Shown here in pieces: positions 37,170 through 50,885 of a stretch of DNA of 64,000 nucleotides; within the stretch, counting starts at the first letter, position 1, and each line of letters starts with the position of its first letter. Origin of the DNA: Ascidiella aspersa (Eukaryota). A program made the position numbers and the translations under genes. Below the pieces are notes generated by a model. The model saw only the letters and a list, made by a program, of their open reading frames with translations. It was not told where the DNA came from and ran no database searches. Location: positions 7,502,001 to 7,566,000 of the forward strand of contig OZ004610.1 of NCBI GenBank assembly GCA_963924565.1, written 5' to 3'.

Positions 37170-40100
37170 GTGGCTGGGAATGTTCAGCATATATGGACCA
37201 CAGCCGAAACTCTGTATCAAACGGTAATTGTTAGATTCTAGGGCGGTATCGGAACCGATCTGTTACCCAATTAGTTGTGCATTGCAGCCACGGTTTGAAT
37301 CTGAAACCCAGCACTTTCTACCTTGAAGAGAAAATTTCAGAATTTTTTTTTAAATTATACCTTACCGCTGAACAACAAAAGTATGCTAATACGGCTAAAT
37401 TGCCTTGTACGGTCAATAATTGAGCTAAATCCAGCAACATTTTAAGTTTTCAAATAAGATATATTTCACTTTATGCACTTATACTATTTATCGTACTTAA
37501 TACAGTTTCTCCACCGCGTAGCGATTGCCAGTTTGCCTGCGAGAGCAAACATACGATTTAGCCCCACCTTGCGGTCAGGCTCTTCATAGATTACAGTGCC
37601 GCACGGTGGCAGTGGTAAGCTTGAGGAGCTGTAATGCAGAGTGGGGTTGTCCAGTCCCAACACAGGACTCAGTCCAGCTTTCTTCTCCAGGTGGTCATTG
37701 CCGGTTAAACAACAATTCTGTGAAATTAATATACATGGGTTTGGGCAACAAACCAAATAGACGTTTTAATTTTGCTTAAAATAAATATATACGTTGGAGG
37801 AAACCAGTTTTCAAGATTGAACATTCTAGAACAAATTCACACCATAAAGCATCCCGAACTCTATTGAAAGGCTAATTGGCATGTTGTAGCATTTTTTGTT
37901 TTCTCTTTGTGAGCATAGTTATGGAAACCTGGTTAAAAGTAGTTGCAGTATAATATTAAAATACTAAACCGAACATGAAAATAGTAATTTAAACCCTATG
38001 GTGTTGATAATATTAGAAAAAAGTGTGTAACCTGTGGTTTACCCCCAAATGTTCATGTGTGTAAATCAAAATAAGTGTATACTGTATATTTGTTTCTTTA
38101 ATAAGCTTGCGGGCCGAATAACGGAACACATTTCAGTGGTTCCCAACCTTTCAAATGTCGTGGGGCTCTAAGCCCCCTCCCCCTCGCTAACTATTAAAAA
38201 CACGATTTACAACAGTCAGAAAAGAGGTCAATAAAGTCATAATATAAAAACAAATCATACAAGTTTAACTGGCTAATAAGTAAAATAAGATAAGTTTGCG
38301 GCTACCTGGAAACTGCACTTGTTCCTTCTAGGAAACGCCTTTATCACATTTTCACTCGACCTTTTTGGCTTTGAGATTCAAGAGAAAGTTTCTTAGCTTG
38401 TAAAAACCGAATGGTTTAGCGTTTACGTATAGCCACCGTTTCAAAATTTAGTGGAATATACATTGGACCTTTGTTACGCATACTTAAAATTGTTCGTGAA
38501 ATTTAGAAAAAAATACAAGAGCGGTGACCTCATAGAAGCTTTTACGGCGCCGGTATCGTAATGGAACGGGCCGCCGGTTGATTAGGAAAAGGTCACTTGA
38601 TTATGGCGGCCGCCAACGACAAAAACGTTTTAATGCAGTAGGGGCAACCGCAAGCCAACCGGCTCAACCCTTTGTGAGTTCATAACAAAACCATTGTAAG
38701 GTCACATTAGAGGGGGTGACCGAATAATGTTGATTGTGTAGTTCCAGAAATAAGGAAAAGACTTTTGAAATTGCAAACCAGTAACCAAACCTGCTTTAAC
38801 TTGGCTGGAGGCAGTGTCAGCTTTTTTTAAAGGTTTGGTTTGGGTGACCGCTAAGTTTCATTTAAATACCAAAAAGTTGCAAGTCCAAAATTTGGGAAAC
38901 CGCTGGAGAAATTGGGATATTTGAGGTTATTAGTTTTCATGTTTGAACAAAGTTATTCTATTGCTATTTATTTAAATGGAATTGAGTCTTTTTAGTATGC
39001 GTATTGCAAATATATTTTTTTTAACAAAAATCGATTTGTGTATACGTTAGGGGCAAAGAGTAAAATATTCGAATAATAAAATAAAAAAAAACATATTTTG
39101 ATGTTCCAAGTTGTTTTGATATTAAAAACAGACTAGTCAACATATTACAATTTTTAAATAAGCGTATAGCACCTTCAAAAGGGCTTACAATTTTCGCTAC
39201 CAAAGCTACATAAAACGTTTTTCACGTACGAATTTACTGTCGATTTTCCATATCCTTATAGCCTCCGGTATAATCGAGTAATTCAAGACAGGTTTCAAAT
39301 AAAATAAGACCTTTTTAAACTGCGCGAAGGTTATATAGTTTTATCTAAACAATTCATTTCCGATTCTTTGGCAGCAGTCAGCACCCCTATAAGGAAACCT
39401 TAGATGAAAATAGTATTTTCGCATATAATCTAAAAGTCAAAAACAAGTGTACAATGCAAGTTTTGCGAACGCAAAGCTCCTCTTTTACACACACCTTTGT
39501 ATTTGTTTTATCCTGGCCTAAACTAGTAGACCAGTTGACAGGCGGTTGGCTCTGACACGCGAAAAGGCAGTTAAACAAAACGAATATTGACAGGGCGGCG
39601 ACTGTTTAATGTAAGCTTGCCAGACGTAACTCAACGGAAACGAGTATCAGCCTCTAATGCACGGATCCCCATTAAGCAATCGGGAAATTCGTATGTTGAG
39701 CATGAAAACTCAATTCGCAGTCGCTGTAGACCCGCCCACACAAAAACAGGCCCGAAAAGAGTCCGTCAAATTAAGGCTAAATTGTACAGGAAAGCCGTCG
39801 CTAAGCCGAAACGTTAGAAGCGATTGGGTTTGTTCGAAAGTTGAAACGCAAACGGCGGAAATTCGGCGATGCTCAATTTCCAGCAAAGGCATTGCCGATG
39901 CCCGGCGCGCAACTGGTAAGGCCCCGGAAGGGGAACTAATCCCGATCGAACGGCTTTCCTATGATACAGTCGCTCAATTGCCCTCGTGATATGGCGACCC
40001 CCAGTTCGAAATGACGTGGCGATTTTGGGATGTGGGAAAATTTTTAAAACATTTTACGCGTTTTTTCTACTGTAGCTGTTTACCACCTGGGTTAAAAGTT

Positions 40101-40437
40101 AAACAAAACCGTGTCAAATTTACCCTGATTTTGCTGACTGTTTAATGCATATTCTTTTCAGCATGTGCCTACGCAACACCCAAATTTCGGCTTTTATACT
40201 TTTGCTGAACGGTGTTTTGCTTATCCGATTTTCTATTAGGCTCAACCTAGGTTTTTACTCACATCAAGAAAGATCTAAAAGCCTTAAGGTGCAAGAAACT
40301 TTATAAGGACCCCTAATTTGTAACGGAATTGAAAGGAGAAGAAAGAATGCTCAGAAGGAGAAGAAAGAATGCTCAAAAAAACTAGACAACAGGCGAGAGG
40401 TAATCGCCAACCCTTATGTATAATTCATGTTTCGCAC

Positions 40438-40560
40438 CTTTCTTTTTTTGCCGAGGCACGTGAGCACAATCAAACCGGTCAGCAGCACCACGCCCAACAG
40501 CAACAGAACAATCCAAAGCGGCAGAAGCTTGGTGAAGGTGCTGGTTCTCTCGTTTGAAAC
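40438..40560 (-). CDS. Orphan type I membrane glycoprotein, transmembrane exon (VSNERTSTFTKLLPLWIVLLLLGVVLLTGLIVLTCLGKKRK)
   Basis: Acceptor ctttcggtcttccag|, donor AAG|gtgcga; 123 nt, phase 0-0. About 24 hydrophobic residues followed by a KKRK stop-transfer cluster. Confidence 0.87.
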
Positions 40561-40788
40561 CTGGAAGACCGAAAGGGTTTCTTTTTTATTTCATTGTAAT
40601 TGCAAAAAATTTAAAAACCTGTCGTACAGCCTTTACTAATTATAATTCGTTTGTGATTTAGTAAAAATTTTAATGCTGTGTCAAACGTAATACGAATGGA
40701 AAGATGTTTAAAAAGGGTCGTGCTCCTTATATCTGATATGAAACGTGCAAACAACATAAATATTGCATAAGCTGTCTACAATTCTTAC

Positions 40789-40841
40789 CCGGAATTCTTC
40801 AACGCAGCGCCGCATCAACCCGTCGACTTTATCGCAATTTC
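40789..40841 (-). CDS. Orphan type I membrane glycoprotein, stalk exon (GNCDKVDGLMRRCVEEFR)
   Basis: Acceptor tttttctatcag|, donor CGG|gtaaga. 53 nt, phase 1 in and phase 0 out, exactly what is needed to bridge the flanking exons. Confidence 0.82.
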
Positions 40842-43800
40842 CTGATAGAAAAACATGTCTTTAATTAACGCAAAAGAAACGATCGATATCGTTCTTTTGG
40901 AAATTCAGATAATAGGTAAGACAAGCAAACCTACAACCGACAACTTTGAGAGGTTGGTTTTCTAGGCAAAATAGGAGAGAACACAAAACTTAACCATACT
41001 AGGCATTATGGCATTAAAGCCATGATAATAATGTCGGAAAGTATAAAATGCTAGAAATGATACACGTATATGAGCACGCAATTTTTCAAATGTGGGCCTC
41101 TCAATTTGCTTACTTTGCTACTTATCATCGATTCGAAATGCACGCCGCGATGTGGGTATAACAAAGCTTCAAGCCATTAGGGCCGTATACAAAGGCTAAC
41201 AGAGCGAAATTGAAACCGCCCAAATGTCCATTTAACGATGTTAGTGCCATTAACCAGAAAAGCAAACAGGGCCGGGGACCGAATACAGCCGATATCGATT
41301 TTTCCCCGCCCGTCGGAGCCGCGCTTTCCTGCTGTTCAGCCTTTATCCCGGCATCGATCGATATTATACTGCTTTTGAATGATGCACAAGCTTGTGACGT
41401 CATAATCAAGTTAATATCGAGTCGCTCCGGCGAGGTCTGCTGGCTAGATAAGGCTACCGTCGCCGCCACGCAGCTAAAACGCGCGGGGGCTCTTTAAGGC
41501 AACATAAAGGGGAAACCAAACCTAATGGTACACGGCTGCTGAGCGTATGCGAGTCTGTAAGGCAAATAAGCTAAACGGTGTAATTTTCTTGTCAGAGTGT
41601 TTTTACGCGATCGTTCCTGTTGTACTGGAAGCAAATTTGATGGGAAAGAACTACAAAGATCAGGAAATTGATTTTCGTTTGATATGCCGTAAAGAGCAGA
41701 ATGATTTTAAAACCATTACAACAATATTATGACCCCAAATCAGAAATACTTAAAAGACCGCCCTAAAGAAATAAATGAAAAACATCGCGAATAAAATGCC
41801 ACATATCTGTACGTGTTTCACTTGAGCCTTGCGCAGAAGCTATTGTATAGAGTAGACGGTAAAATCCCAAACCCCTGGAGAAACAACGAAAGCTTGCGTT
41901 GATCTTCGAAAACTACCTTCGCAACTCGAGATACAGGAGGACGACACCAAGCCCAATTAAATCAAGTGACATCACTTTGCACAGAACAGGCATTCATTGT
42001 ACGTTGATGGCGCATTTTTAAGCTGTGTTCAGATTTAAGCAAAAGTGTAGTTTCGGGTTCAACAGTTAATGGGCGCAATTGAAAAAAATACTTTAAGGAC
42101 TGCGTGTCAATAAAATTGAGACGCCTGTCGCATTTTAAAAGTGCCTTTTTTAAATCAATTTGGCGCGCCAAACAGAAAACAAGTCAATTTCAAGTGTAGC
42201 GACTTGAAAAACACGCACATTTGAAAAACATAGAATGTCTAAAATTTGTTAAGGCTTAGTTTGGAATTTTTATGATGTAAAGGTCGCGTGAACTCAAACA
42301 CACATGTAAGACAGTTTGCCCTTCTCTGAAAGGCACAGTTGTACAGAACGCACTTCAGTTTATACAGAATAAAAAGAGGTTTAAGACGTTTTCTGTGACG
42401 GCGCCGCCAATAAACGGAAAGAGTAAAAGGGAGGATTCGCCAAAACCCACTGATTGTGTAAACAGGATTTTTTAGCAAATAATTTAGAGTGTGTTTTTGT
42501 CCTGTTAAGGAAATGCACTCAATAACCATTATCGTAGCCTGGTATATTTAGTGTTAATGTTAACAAATCTTTAGAAAGCTTATGTACGGTAAGTATAGTT
42601 AGTATGAGTAGTTAAGTACGAAATATCACATTATTTGTTATAGTATTTTTTTGCATTTTCGCTGCATTAAAGGGGTGCTCAAGCATTTTAAGGAAACATA
42701 TGGGGTCCGCAAGGGGGAAAAGTTTAAAAACCACTGACCGAGACCAAGCTGATACCAAGTCTAGCGTTTCGCTTTAAGATTCCAAAACTACTTCTACTCA
42801 TTCAGAATTCATGCAATTACATCACAGACGCATTGGAAAACAAGCAGCTGTTAGCTTGCTCAAAAGTCACCGGGCCATATCCGAAGAAAAATAGGAAAAA
42901 ACGCCTTTAAACACGTACGCAAATCGCGAAGTAAACAAAACAAAACACAACCAAGCAAAAAAACGCGTCGAGCCGGGGCAATTTACTCACTACCACTTAC
43001 CGGGTCTCAGGTCAAGCTGTTGAGGGTAGCGCGCGAAATTGCGGCTTTTCTGCGATGCCCCGGGGGCCATGTGTGCAGGGAGCAATTTTCGCGCGTCGCG
43101 TAATTGCTCCCCGCAGCCGCTTGCGCAAATAAACCAAAAAAAAAAAATTGGCGTCCGGATTCGGGTGGAACCTGATTGGACCGGAGGACGGCCGTCCCGA
43201 CCATAAAATTTGTTATTTTATTCAACGATGCGAACGTGAACATCAATCTTCGTATGTAGGCCTTTTTTGGCTAATTTAGGACTCGTTTCAAGGTAAAAGA
43301 AATGCCTAGGGTCAAACAAAAGTAGGTAGCATATTTTGAACGTTTCGAATAATTCTTTATCTATTTTTAACATTATTAGGCGCCACCTATACGTCTTCAA
43401 CTACTACCTCCATCTACTGTAACCCATGAACGTCGTTGCTTCCAGGCACTGTTAAAAATACGAAATATAATAAAACAATTGACGAGCTTTTGCAAAACCG
43501 AGCTATTAAGTATGCAACCTTTGACTTCTGACAACACAACAGGCATTTTTAAGGCGCTGTGTTATTCTTTTAAAATAGGGCGTCTTTGAAGAGTAACCTA
43601 TATTAAACTTGAAGTCCTTGAATTCACTGGGTTAAAACTGAGCGAAATATCATTTATAACGTCTTGGAGTACCCGCTAGAATTGTGAGTTTATTTGACTT
43701 TAATGCAGGTGGAAAAGATAACTTTAAATGTGCATTCCTCTTCCTTTAGACCAATTTGGGCACCGCTAAAATAGCTTTATTGTTGCTCCATTTACCCAAG

Positions 43801-46048
43801 TACAGACATGGTATATTATAGGGTAACTGATAAGTTTTGTTTTTAGTAAACGCATGAAGATCGCAAAAGGTAATGCAGCTAAATATGAAGAAAACGGAGG
43901 AAATTTAATTCACATGACAACAGGTCGCATATAATTCGTACATATTTCTCACGATTTTAGAGTGCCTGTCATACTAAGTTCCTTCGGTGCGTTAATTCAT
44001 TTCAAGATTATGAACATGTGTAAATCATGTTGCACATACAGAAAAGCCTAAATGAGATTTTTTCCACCGCTGAGAGATATTTTCCTTGTTAGACAGCCAT
44101 CGCGTCTTATTATGCGAAGGTTAACAGAATGTCATATGCATACAAGACATTTACTTATAGAAACAGACATTTACGTCATGTTAAGAGTAAATTATTCATC
44201 GCGTGGTCTTTAAACAGCAACACACGGCTTTAAAATGTCAAAAGAGCGTGGAAGGTTTAGAACCATCTTTGTTGAAATATGTTTTTGTTCAAAATCGGAG
44301 AATCGGATGACACTGTAAAACGACAAATTATATTATATTATATTACTGAATTTTGTCGCACAACAGTGTCACCTGATTTTAAGGTTTAAAATATTTTTTT
44401 TCGAAGACAAGTGAAAATCAACACCTTGCAAAACCATTCGTCCACCAATGCAAGCTCAAACAGGGGCCTGATTTCTAATTTTTGTCATGAAACTCATGTC
44501 CGCCACACCTTATAGGATAAGCAGCACACAATCGGATACCCAGTAAAATCCTCGAAATGTAAGCAAATCCCTGAAGCAGTGCTTTAATACAAAGACCTTT
44601 AAAATGCAAGGAGCTTTTAAATGCTGTCATGGGTGCCTTTCGAGGGGGGACTTTAAGTCAGCACGCGAAAGGCAATTACAGTCGCGTGACCTTCGAAAAG
44701 GCAAAGTCGCCCAGAGATCACAAAGAGAAAGCGCTTGGTTGCAATCAGAGGTCGCACGAAGGGTTTCAAGCTGCTCTGCGCGCATTACGACTGCGTTTAG
44801 CCATCCATCAAGATTGCGCAACTTTTCAAAACGTCGATCGCGCTTCGGTGTCGGCGGCGGGCGTCGAATCGATCAAATCCTGCGGGCTGCCTGATGCTGA
44901 TGCACTTTGTCTTTTCGCTGACGTAATGCTGATAAGGTTATAGGGGCGACGCCACTGTCGCTGCTATACTTTCCAACGCGCGTTTCTTAAAATGCTTTTG
45001 GAACATCTCTGGATTTTAAATAAAATTGTTCACCTGAAAAGAGGTATAATATATATGCCAATGTTTCGACCACCCCACTCTGGTAATCTTCAACACGGCA
45101 ATGACCTTGCAACTCTGCTCGAGTTATATAGATGTAGTCTAACATTCAATAGAAATCTTTGTCGAACGAACAACTTTATCGGCCACTAAATTTCCACACT
45201 ACCCTAAGGGTTGGGCAGTTGATTGTCGAAATTCCTCTTGGGGCGTTGGGGGTATTTCCCGAAACTAGCAGCTACACCCATGCAGGCGTACATCGAAACT
45301 CTGTTCGCAACGCAAGCCCCTCAGAGCGCGTTCGCAAAAACAAGACACTTCCTCATTTGTCAACAAAAGCGACCTGAATTAGACGCATGCAGAAAGGCAG
45401 CGGTAAAGGGGTGGGGTGAAACCAGGGGGGGCGTTGCATGACAGGGTGACCGCTGATGATGCAGCATCTACTGTTGTTTATATACGTCGGAGGCCAATTC
45501 GAGGCTGCGAATAGAACATGGGGAAGCAGTTGCTCAAATTGCGCACGCTTTGTGTAAACAAACATTACGTAAACAGAGGCCCGGAACATTGTTTGACACA
45601 GCAAGGGAACTGATTTTTTTGTCCGGGGCTTGCGCAAGACCTGCGAAAAACGACGACAACAACATGACGTCATGCAGTTTGCCCCACCCTATCCGATTTT
45701 GATCCCATAACAGTCAACTGATAAAGCACAATATTCAGTTCAGGGACATGGTTTTGCTTATGAACTGAAGATATAAAATGTCTATTAGGTAGTGTTTTAT
45801 AATGTGAAAATGCAGCCGGTCTCGTTAAGGTTTTAAAATATTGTTGGTTTTATCATTTTTGGACACATTTTCTTTTGTTTAATCATTGGAAAATTGCATA
45901 CAAATTTTGTTAACCAAGTATTTCATGTAATTTAAATTATCAGTAAAGTTCCCTTGAACGTGAAAAGTGTTTATACCTAATGTTTAGAAACCCCTTCTTG
46001 ACAAAAAACTTCATAATTTTAATGAGGACCCAAAAACTCAATGATTAC

Positions 46049-46193
46049 CTGTGGCACAAATGTCAGCTTTGTAAGTTGACCGGCCAGGTCCGCATTCGAC
46101 ACTAGAATTTATTTGTGAAATCCGTATGGAGACCGCTGCGACGCATTCCGTACAGTTCACGTTCCTCCAATCTTTTTTCGAGCATGCCTTAAC
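46049..46193 (-). CDS. Orphan type I membrane glycoprotein, Cys-rich exon (VKACSKKDWRNVNCTECVAAVSIRISQINSSVECGPGRSTYKADICAT)
   Basis: Acceptor ttatatcttccag|, donor G|gtaatc. Only one frame is open (phase 0 in, phase 1 out). 5 Cys. Confidence 0.78.
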
Positions 46194-46436
46194 CTGGAAG
46201 ATATAAATTAATATATACGATAAAAGCACAGCGACGACTAGTTCGTTTCAAAGTTGTTAAAACGACTAGGCTAGTATATGAGATCGGTATGGCAAACAAC
46301 ATTCAGTTGCAAATTTTATGCGTTAGAGTAGACATTTTACCTACGCGTTGTTTAATCAATGGTAGTTGAAGACAAAAAATGCACTTTTGCAGCCCAGTGT
46401 TTACTGTGTACTTTTTGAAATCACTAGTGATTGTAA

Positions 46437-46618
46437 CAGAGCTTCTTAACTGGTGCGCCACAAGCTAAAAATATATTATAATATATAAAACATAGATATT
46501 TTTACTATTCGTTTCGTTTTAGCTTATTAATTCCACAGTACTTTCGCTCGCCAGGTGCGCCGCCACGTTTTAAAATGCCTCTGGTGCGCCCTGAAGTCGA
46601 AAAGTTTAAAAAACACTG
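46437..46618. mobile_element. Degraded hAT-type MITE with GGTGCGCC subterminal motifs
   Basis: Ends CAGAGCTTCTTAAC.. / ..GTTTAAAAAACACTG and three GGTGCGCC motifs. No clear TSD. Confidence 0.5.
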
Positions 46619-48479
46619 ACTATACTAATGCATGATTGTTAAAAAGTATGTCTGAAACTTAGCGCAGGTGGCAGTTTCAACTCTTTAGACTAGCTTATTT
46701 TCATTCGCACAACGGTCAGAGTCAGGCGGGCCAAAAAGACAACTTACACAGAGCAGAGGTGTATTTAAACGCTTAAAAGTTCAGTCAGAATGACGAAACG
46801 GGCCTAAGGTAAACGGCTTGTATTCACAGGCGCAGCAGCGACCGGCATACTTTCGCTTTCTAGGGGCAAAAAAGGGGGGAGGCGGGTCTTTGATGTTTCC
46901 GACAGGGTAACTCGTGCGTGACGCATTCCAGCTTTTCACTCTACAGTGGAAGGCGACGAAGCGAAACGAGCTAGTGCCCAGTGAAGCGTAACCAAGGGGC
47001 CGCCTAATGGTCGTGCGGTTCAACCCGGATCTAAACAGGCTTTTCTCGTTGGGATTCATTCCAGTCATTCCGCGCGCTGTTAGGGTTCACTGTAATGACA
47101 CAAAACACCACATTGGGGAGTTTCGGCCGGACTTACCATGTCGTGTAATCTAATGGAACTTTAGGATGAGGTATTTTATAACACCTTTTTGTTTATATGA
47201 CTTTATTCAAAAGTGTTCTAATGCTTAAATTTATATACTGTAATTCCCCTTATGCTTTTGGTTGCCTGCAGAATTTTTTTTTACATTTTTCGGTTTCTAT
47301 AACATGTTTGCTTGAAACAAATGTGGGTTAAAGAGTTTCCAGGTAACAAAACCTTAGGTATACCAAAAAATAAAATAGCAAAAAGAACTAATATTGGTCC
47401 ACGACATCAGTAAAATAAGTACAGTTTTGTCGTGCATAGTAAGTGGAGTAAATAGGTTTGCAACTAGATGGGGAAAACTATAGCGGGTTTGACCTAAATG
47501 GAAGAACTGTATGACCAAAAGGTAAATTTGAGTGAGACACGGGTCAAAATCTCTAAACACACCTAAAAACACAAACATTTCCGATTCAGCTAGAAAGGTC
47601 CGGCGAACCACAAAGAAAAAACCTCAAACAGCTGTTTGAAGGGACACCTGCAGAGCAAATAAACGACAAACGGCGATGGGGCGGCCATTAGCGTCAAAAA
47701 TAATGTGGAGACTCCGTTTATTTGCCTGTTTCGTGTTTGCCGTGCGTGTCTTAAGGACAAAAGGCCGTGGCCGTTTCCGCCCGTCGAAGAGATAAGGCCA
47801 GGCTCGACTGTTTGGACAGGGCGTACCAAGAGCGTCACGGCCGCCCGGTTCTTCCCCTTACCCCATTCTTGGGACTTTTTCCCAAATGTCAGTTAAAAGG
47901 TTAAAGGGGTCCGCGATGGCTTTGAAAATTAACAGATGTATTTAAGTAAAATTTTTTTGGGGTTTAAATATTTTTTTGTTTAAAAGCAAATCTTTAAATT
48001 TTAATTCGACCATGATTTTGCATTTAATATTTGCTAGCAATTGTAAATGTACTGTTTGACAATAGTAATGACGTCATTAGTTGGATGTTATTACGATACA
48101 AATACGCGATGTATAAAGCAACGAGTATGGCCGTCCGATTCGATACCACCAATAGATTTGACCACAGTAATGACGTTATTCGAAATCACTTTGAGCGTAC
48201 GTGCTTTTCCCCGAAGAATATTGGGTATCGGAACTAAAGCTACCAGGTAGCGGATATCCCCATAGTCTGTAGACCACTATTTGCTATACGATACGATTTA
48301 AATCTCTAAAATAGCAACTTTGAGTGATGAGGTTTAGACGAAGCAAAATCCTTCGCTCCAAGCCACAGAATGCTCGGTATGTTTTTGAGAGCGAAACAAT
48401 GGCGCCCTTGTTGCTAAAATGTGCCTTCAAATGTAAGCACAACGTAAATGGCAGTCGCCGTCATCGGGCATCTGCGCAC

Positions 48480-48509
48480 TGACGTCACAAAAGGTCATGC
48501 GTGACGTCA
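48480..48509. promoter_or_regulatory. Pair of perfect CRE palindromes (TGACGTCA)
   Basis: TGACGTCA at 48480 and 48502 in a CpG-rich intronic patch. Function is inferred only. Confidence 0.35.
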
Positions 48510-49245
48510 GGATTCGGGAAATTCCCCGACGCTAAAGCTGAGTGGATTTCGCTGAGCGAGGATCTAAAGCAGCGCCGTGTGCGATGTGCGCTTAAGTGGT
48601 TGGGAATTCAAACAGACAAATCACGAAGTGGTAGGGTCAAGCTGTTCCAGTGGTTACGTCATAGCCTTGTTTTCTTGCGAGATTGTAAAGGGGAATTTGG
48701 CGCCTTAGTTCGTCTATCAAACAAGCCTGACCATGTGATGATTTATAGTGTTTCTGTGTTCGGGTTCATTTAACTTGGGTGACTCAATTCACGAGGGACG
48801 ACAACATTTTACTTTTTAGGCGTTAGGTAAAGACGTACGTGTACCTAATTCACTGTTTGTCAAATTACTTCACTTGAATATTTGCGTAAATTAAATCAAG
48901 TTGCTTAATTGAGTACTGAAAATATTTTCTTACCGCAATTAATGTAATAAATGTACACTATGCTGTTTACTTTGTTCAAGTTTCAAGGAACGCATTCTCC
49001 AATTTTTTCAATTTAAGGAATATTTTTGGATGTCAATGCTGTTTATGTAAACTGGCAAAGACTTGGACTGGCACTTGACTGCGATTTATTGAAAATAACT
49101 TAAGTTGGACTTTCATTTTTGCAAATGTCTTGACTCGTATTTCGATCACTTTTAAATAACCTTGTTTGAAACACTGACTAAAGTCCCACTAATCAGTTTA
49201 ATTTCTGGAAGCTGTCTTGAGTTACAACTATTAATTTACACTTAC

Positions 49246-49350
49246 AGTGGCAAGAAACGCCTGGCTCTCGCAAAATCTCGTCCCTCCATTGACGCTCGAA
49301 CAGTTTTGATCCCACTTTGCGTGGCTGGAATTCGTGGAAAAGGCAGTCAC
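49246..49350 (-). CDS. Orphan type I membrane glycoprotein, first identified exon (VTAFSTNSSHAKWDQNCSSVNGGTRFCESQAFLAT)
   Basis: Minus-strand acceptor tttatttgttgaaatacag| and donor ACT|gtaagtg. 105 nt, phase 0-0, two N-glycosylation sequons, in frame with the next exon. Confidence 0.7.
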
Positions 49351-50678
49351 CTGTATTTCAACAAATAAAATTTACAGCTTATTGTTATGAACTGTAGGCT
49401 CTTACATGTAAAATCGTGATGAATCAAGCTTAAAACACGTTTGCTGACTACAACCGTTTTGTGCGATTTAAACACATTGTTGCGAGCTATGTCAGCTATG
49501 ATCGTGGTTAACCAGGATTCCGTATTAAACGTTGGTGATTTAGTTCAATCGTTTAAGTCATTCCTCTATTTATAACAGTTATATTTCAGGATCAATGCGT
49601 TCAAACGTGTATAAGGTATAAATAAAACACGCTATTAGAGCCGCCAGTATGTTGTGGCAAAGCAAACCTTTTTTTGGGCATAGGCATGCTGCCTGTCACG
49701 CATTGACTATAGGCGCGCTTCTAGAGTCTGAACGATAATACTGGTATCCATGTTTTGCTGTTCGAAATCTATTTTGGGATCAGACCACCTGCTTTGCTGA
49801 GAAGCGCGACTCAATATTAAAGGGAGTGGAATAATGCATACATTGCGCCATTTAATCGTTTATGCCAGTCTGTGTTTACGTTTGGTTGCTTAAACTTTAC
49901 GCTGCCCAAGCCTCGTACTTCTAGTTTAATTTGTCGAGCGGATCTAACTCCTTTTTCAGCACAAGTTATTTTCAACAATCTCGTGCTTAGAGACAAGCTG
50001 TAGCTCAATGCTTGCTGCACTTGGCGTAATCTGTGGGTGTCGTATTCTGATTATCCTAATGTCCAATAAACGTCTTGCTTAAGAAAGAGAGTTGAAGTCA
50101 TTTTTTCTACTCCAGGTTGTGTCACAAAATATTTTTTGTTGATAGTCGGATTTTTTTTTTTATTATAAATCGGAAAATCCCGTTGTAGTTTGGAACACAC
50201 GGATTTTCCTAGAAATTTCAATAAAAAGAATAAAGTGATAATATAAGGTAAGATCGACATTTCAGTTGGTACTGCTGGCAATGTGAAACGACATTTTTTT
50301 TACTTTGACCAGATGAAGCACACTGGCGCGAAAGCTTGTCAAGATTTTAATGCAATTTTTCATTATACATTGCTACTTGATTTCTTTAGCTAGTTGTCAC
50401 GCAGAAATGAAAAAATCTGAAAATTATTCGGCTGTTTGCACATTGCGGGATGGGAGTTGGGTTGTTAAATCGTCGAAACATCGTTGCGACTGAAGCATGC
50501 TTTATCTCGCCGCAAACTAGTTCAGTCCGACAGCGCTTAACAACCAAACAATCAAGTCGACAAAAGCATCCAAAAGTTGAAATATGAGCGTGGTGGCTTT
50601 CAAACTCGGTTTAATATGAAAGTTTCCGCATTCGGATCACAAATCTGTCGCACAACAGAAAGTGAAACGGGAGAGGTT

Positions 50679-50680
<2 letters not shown>

Positions 50681-50728
<48 letters not shown>
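50681..50728 (+). repeat. (AG)24 microsatellite
   Basis: Read directly. Confidence 0.98.
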
Positions 50729-50731
<3 letters not shown>

Positions 50732-50774
50732 GAAGAGAGAACTGCAGAACCAGGGTAAACTTCGGACATCGGAG

Positions 50775-50885
50775 CATAATGGTTGGAGGTTGTAGTAAGA
50801 CATAATAAGAATATAAAAGCCCATTCTTGAGCAGGTAGCATTTTGAACGTTTCAAATATCTCCTTATTCATTTTCAACATTTGAT
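50775..50885 (+). repeat. Dispersed repeat fragment (GCATAATGG..GGAGGTT..GTAGCATTTTGAACGTTTC)
   Basis: Homologous segments at about 52480-52590 and about 43320-43375. Confidence 0.7.

Noticed and set aside
43001-43448. Additional minus-strand exons suggested by a GTAAGTG donor at 43000 and an acceptor at 43449
   Set aside because: Stops occur in the required frames or no partner splice site exists, and the exon chain is already complete without them.
50577-50880. ORFs with ERERER / SLSLSL
   Set aside because: Translations of the (AG)n microsatellite.
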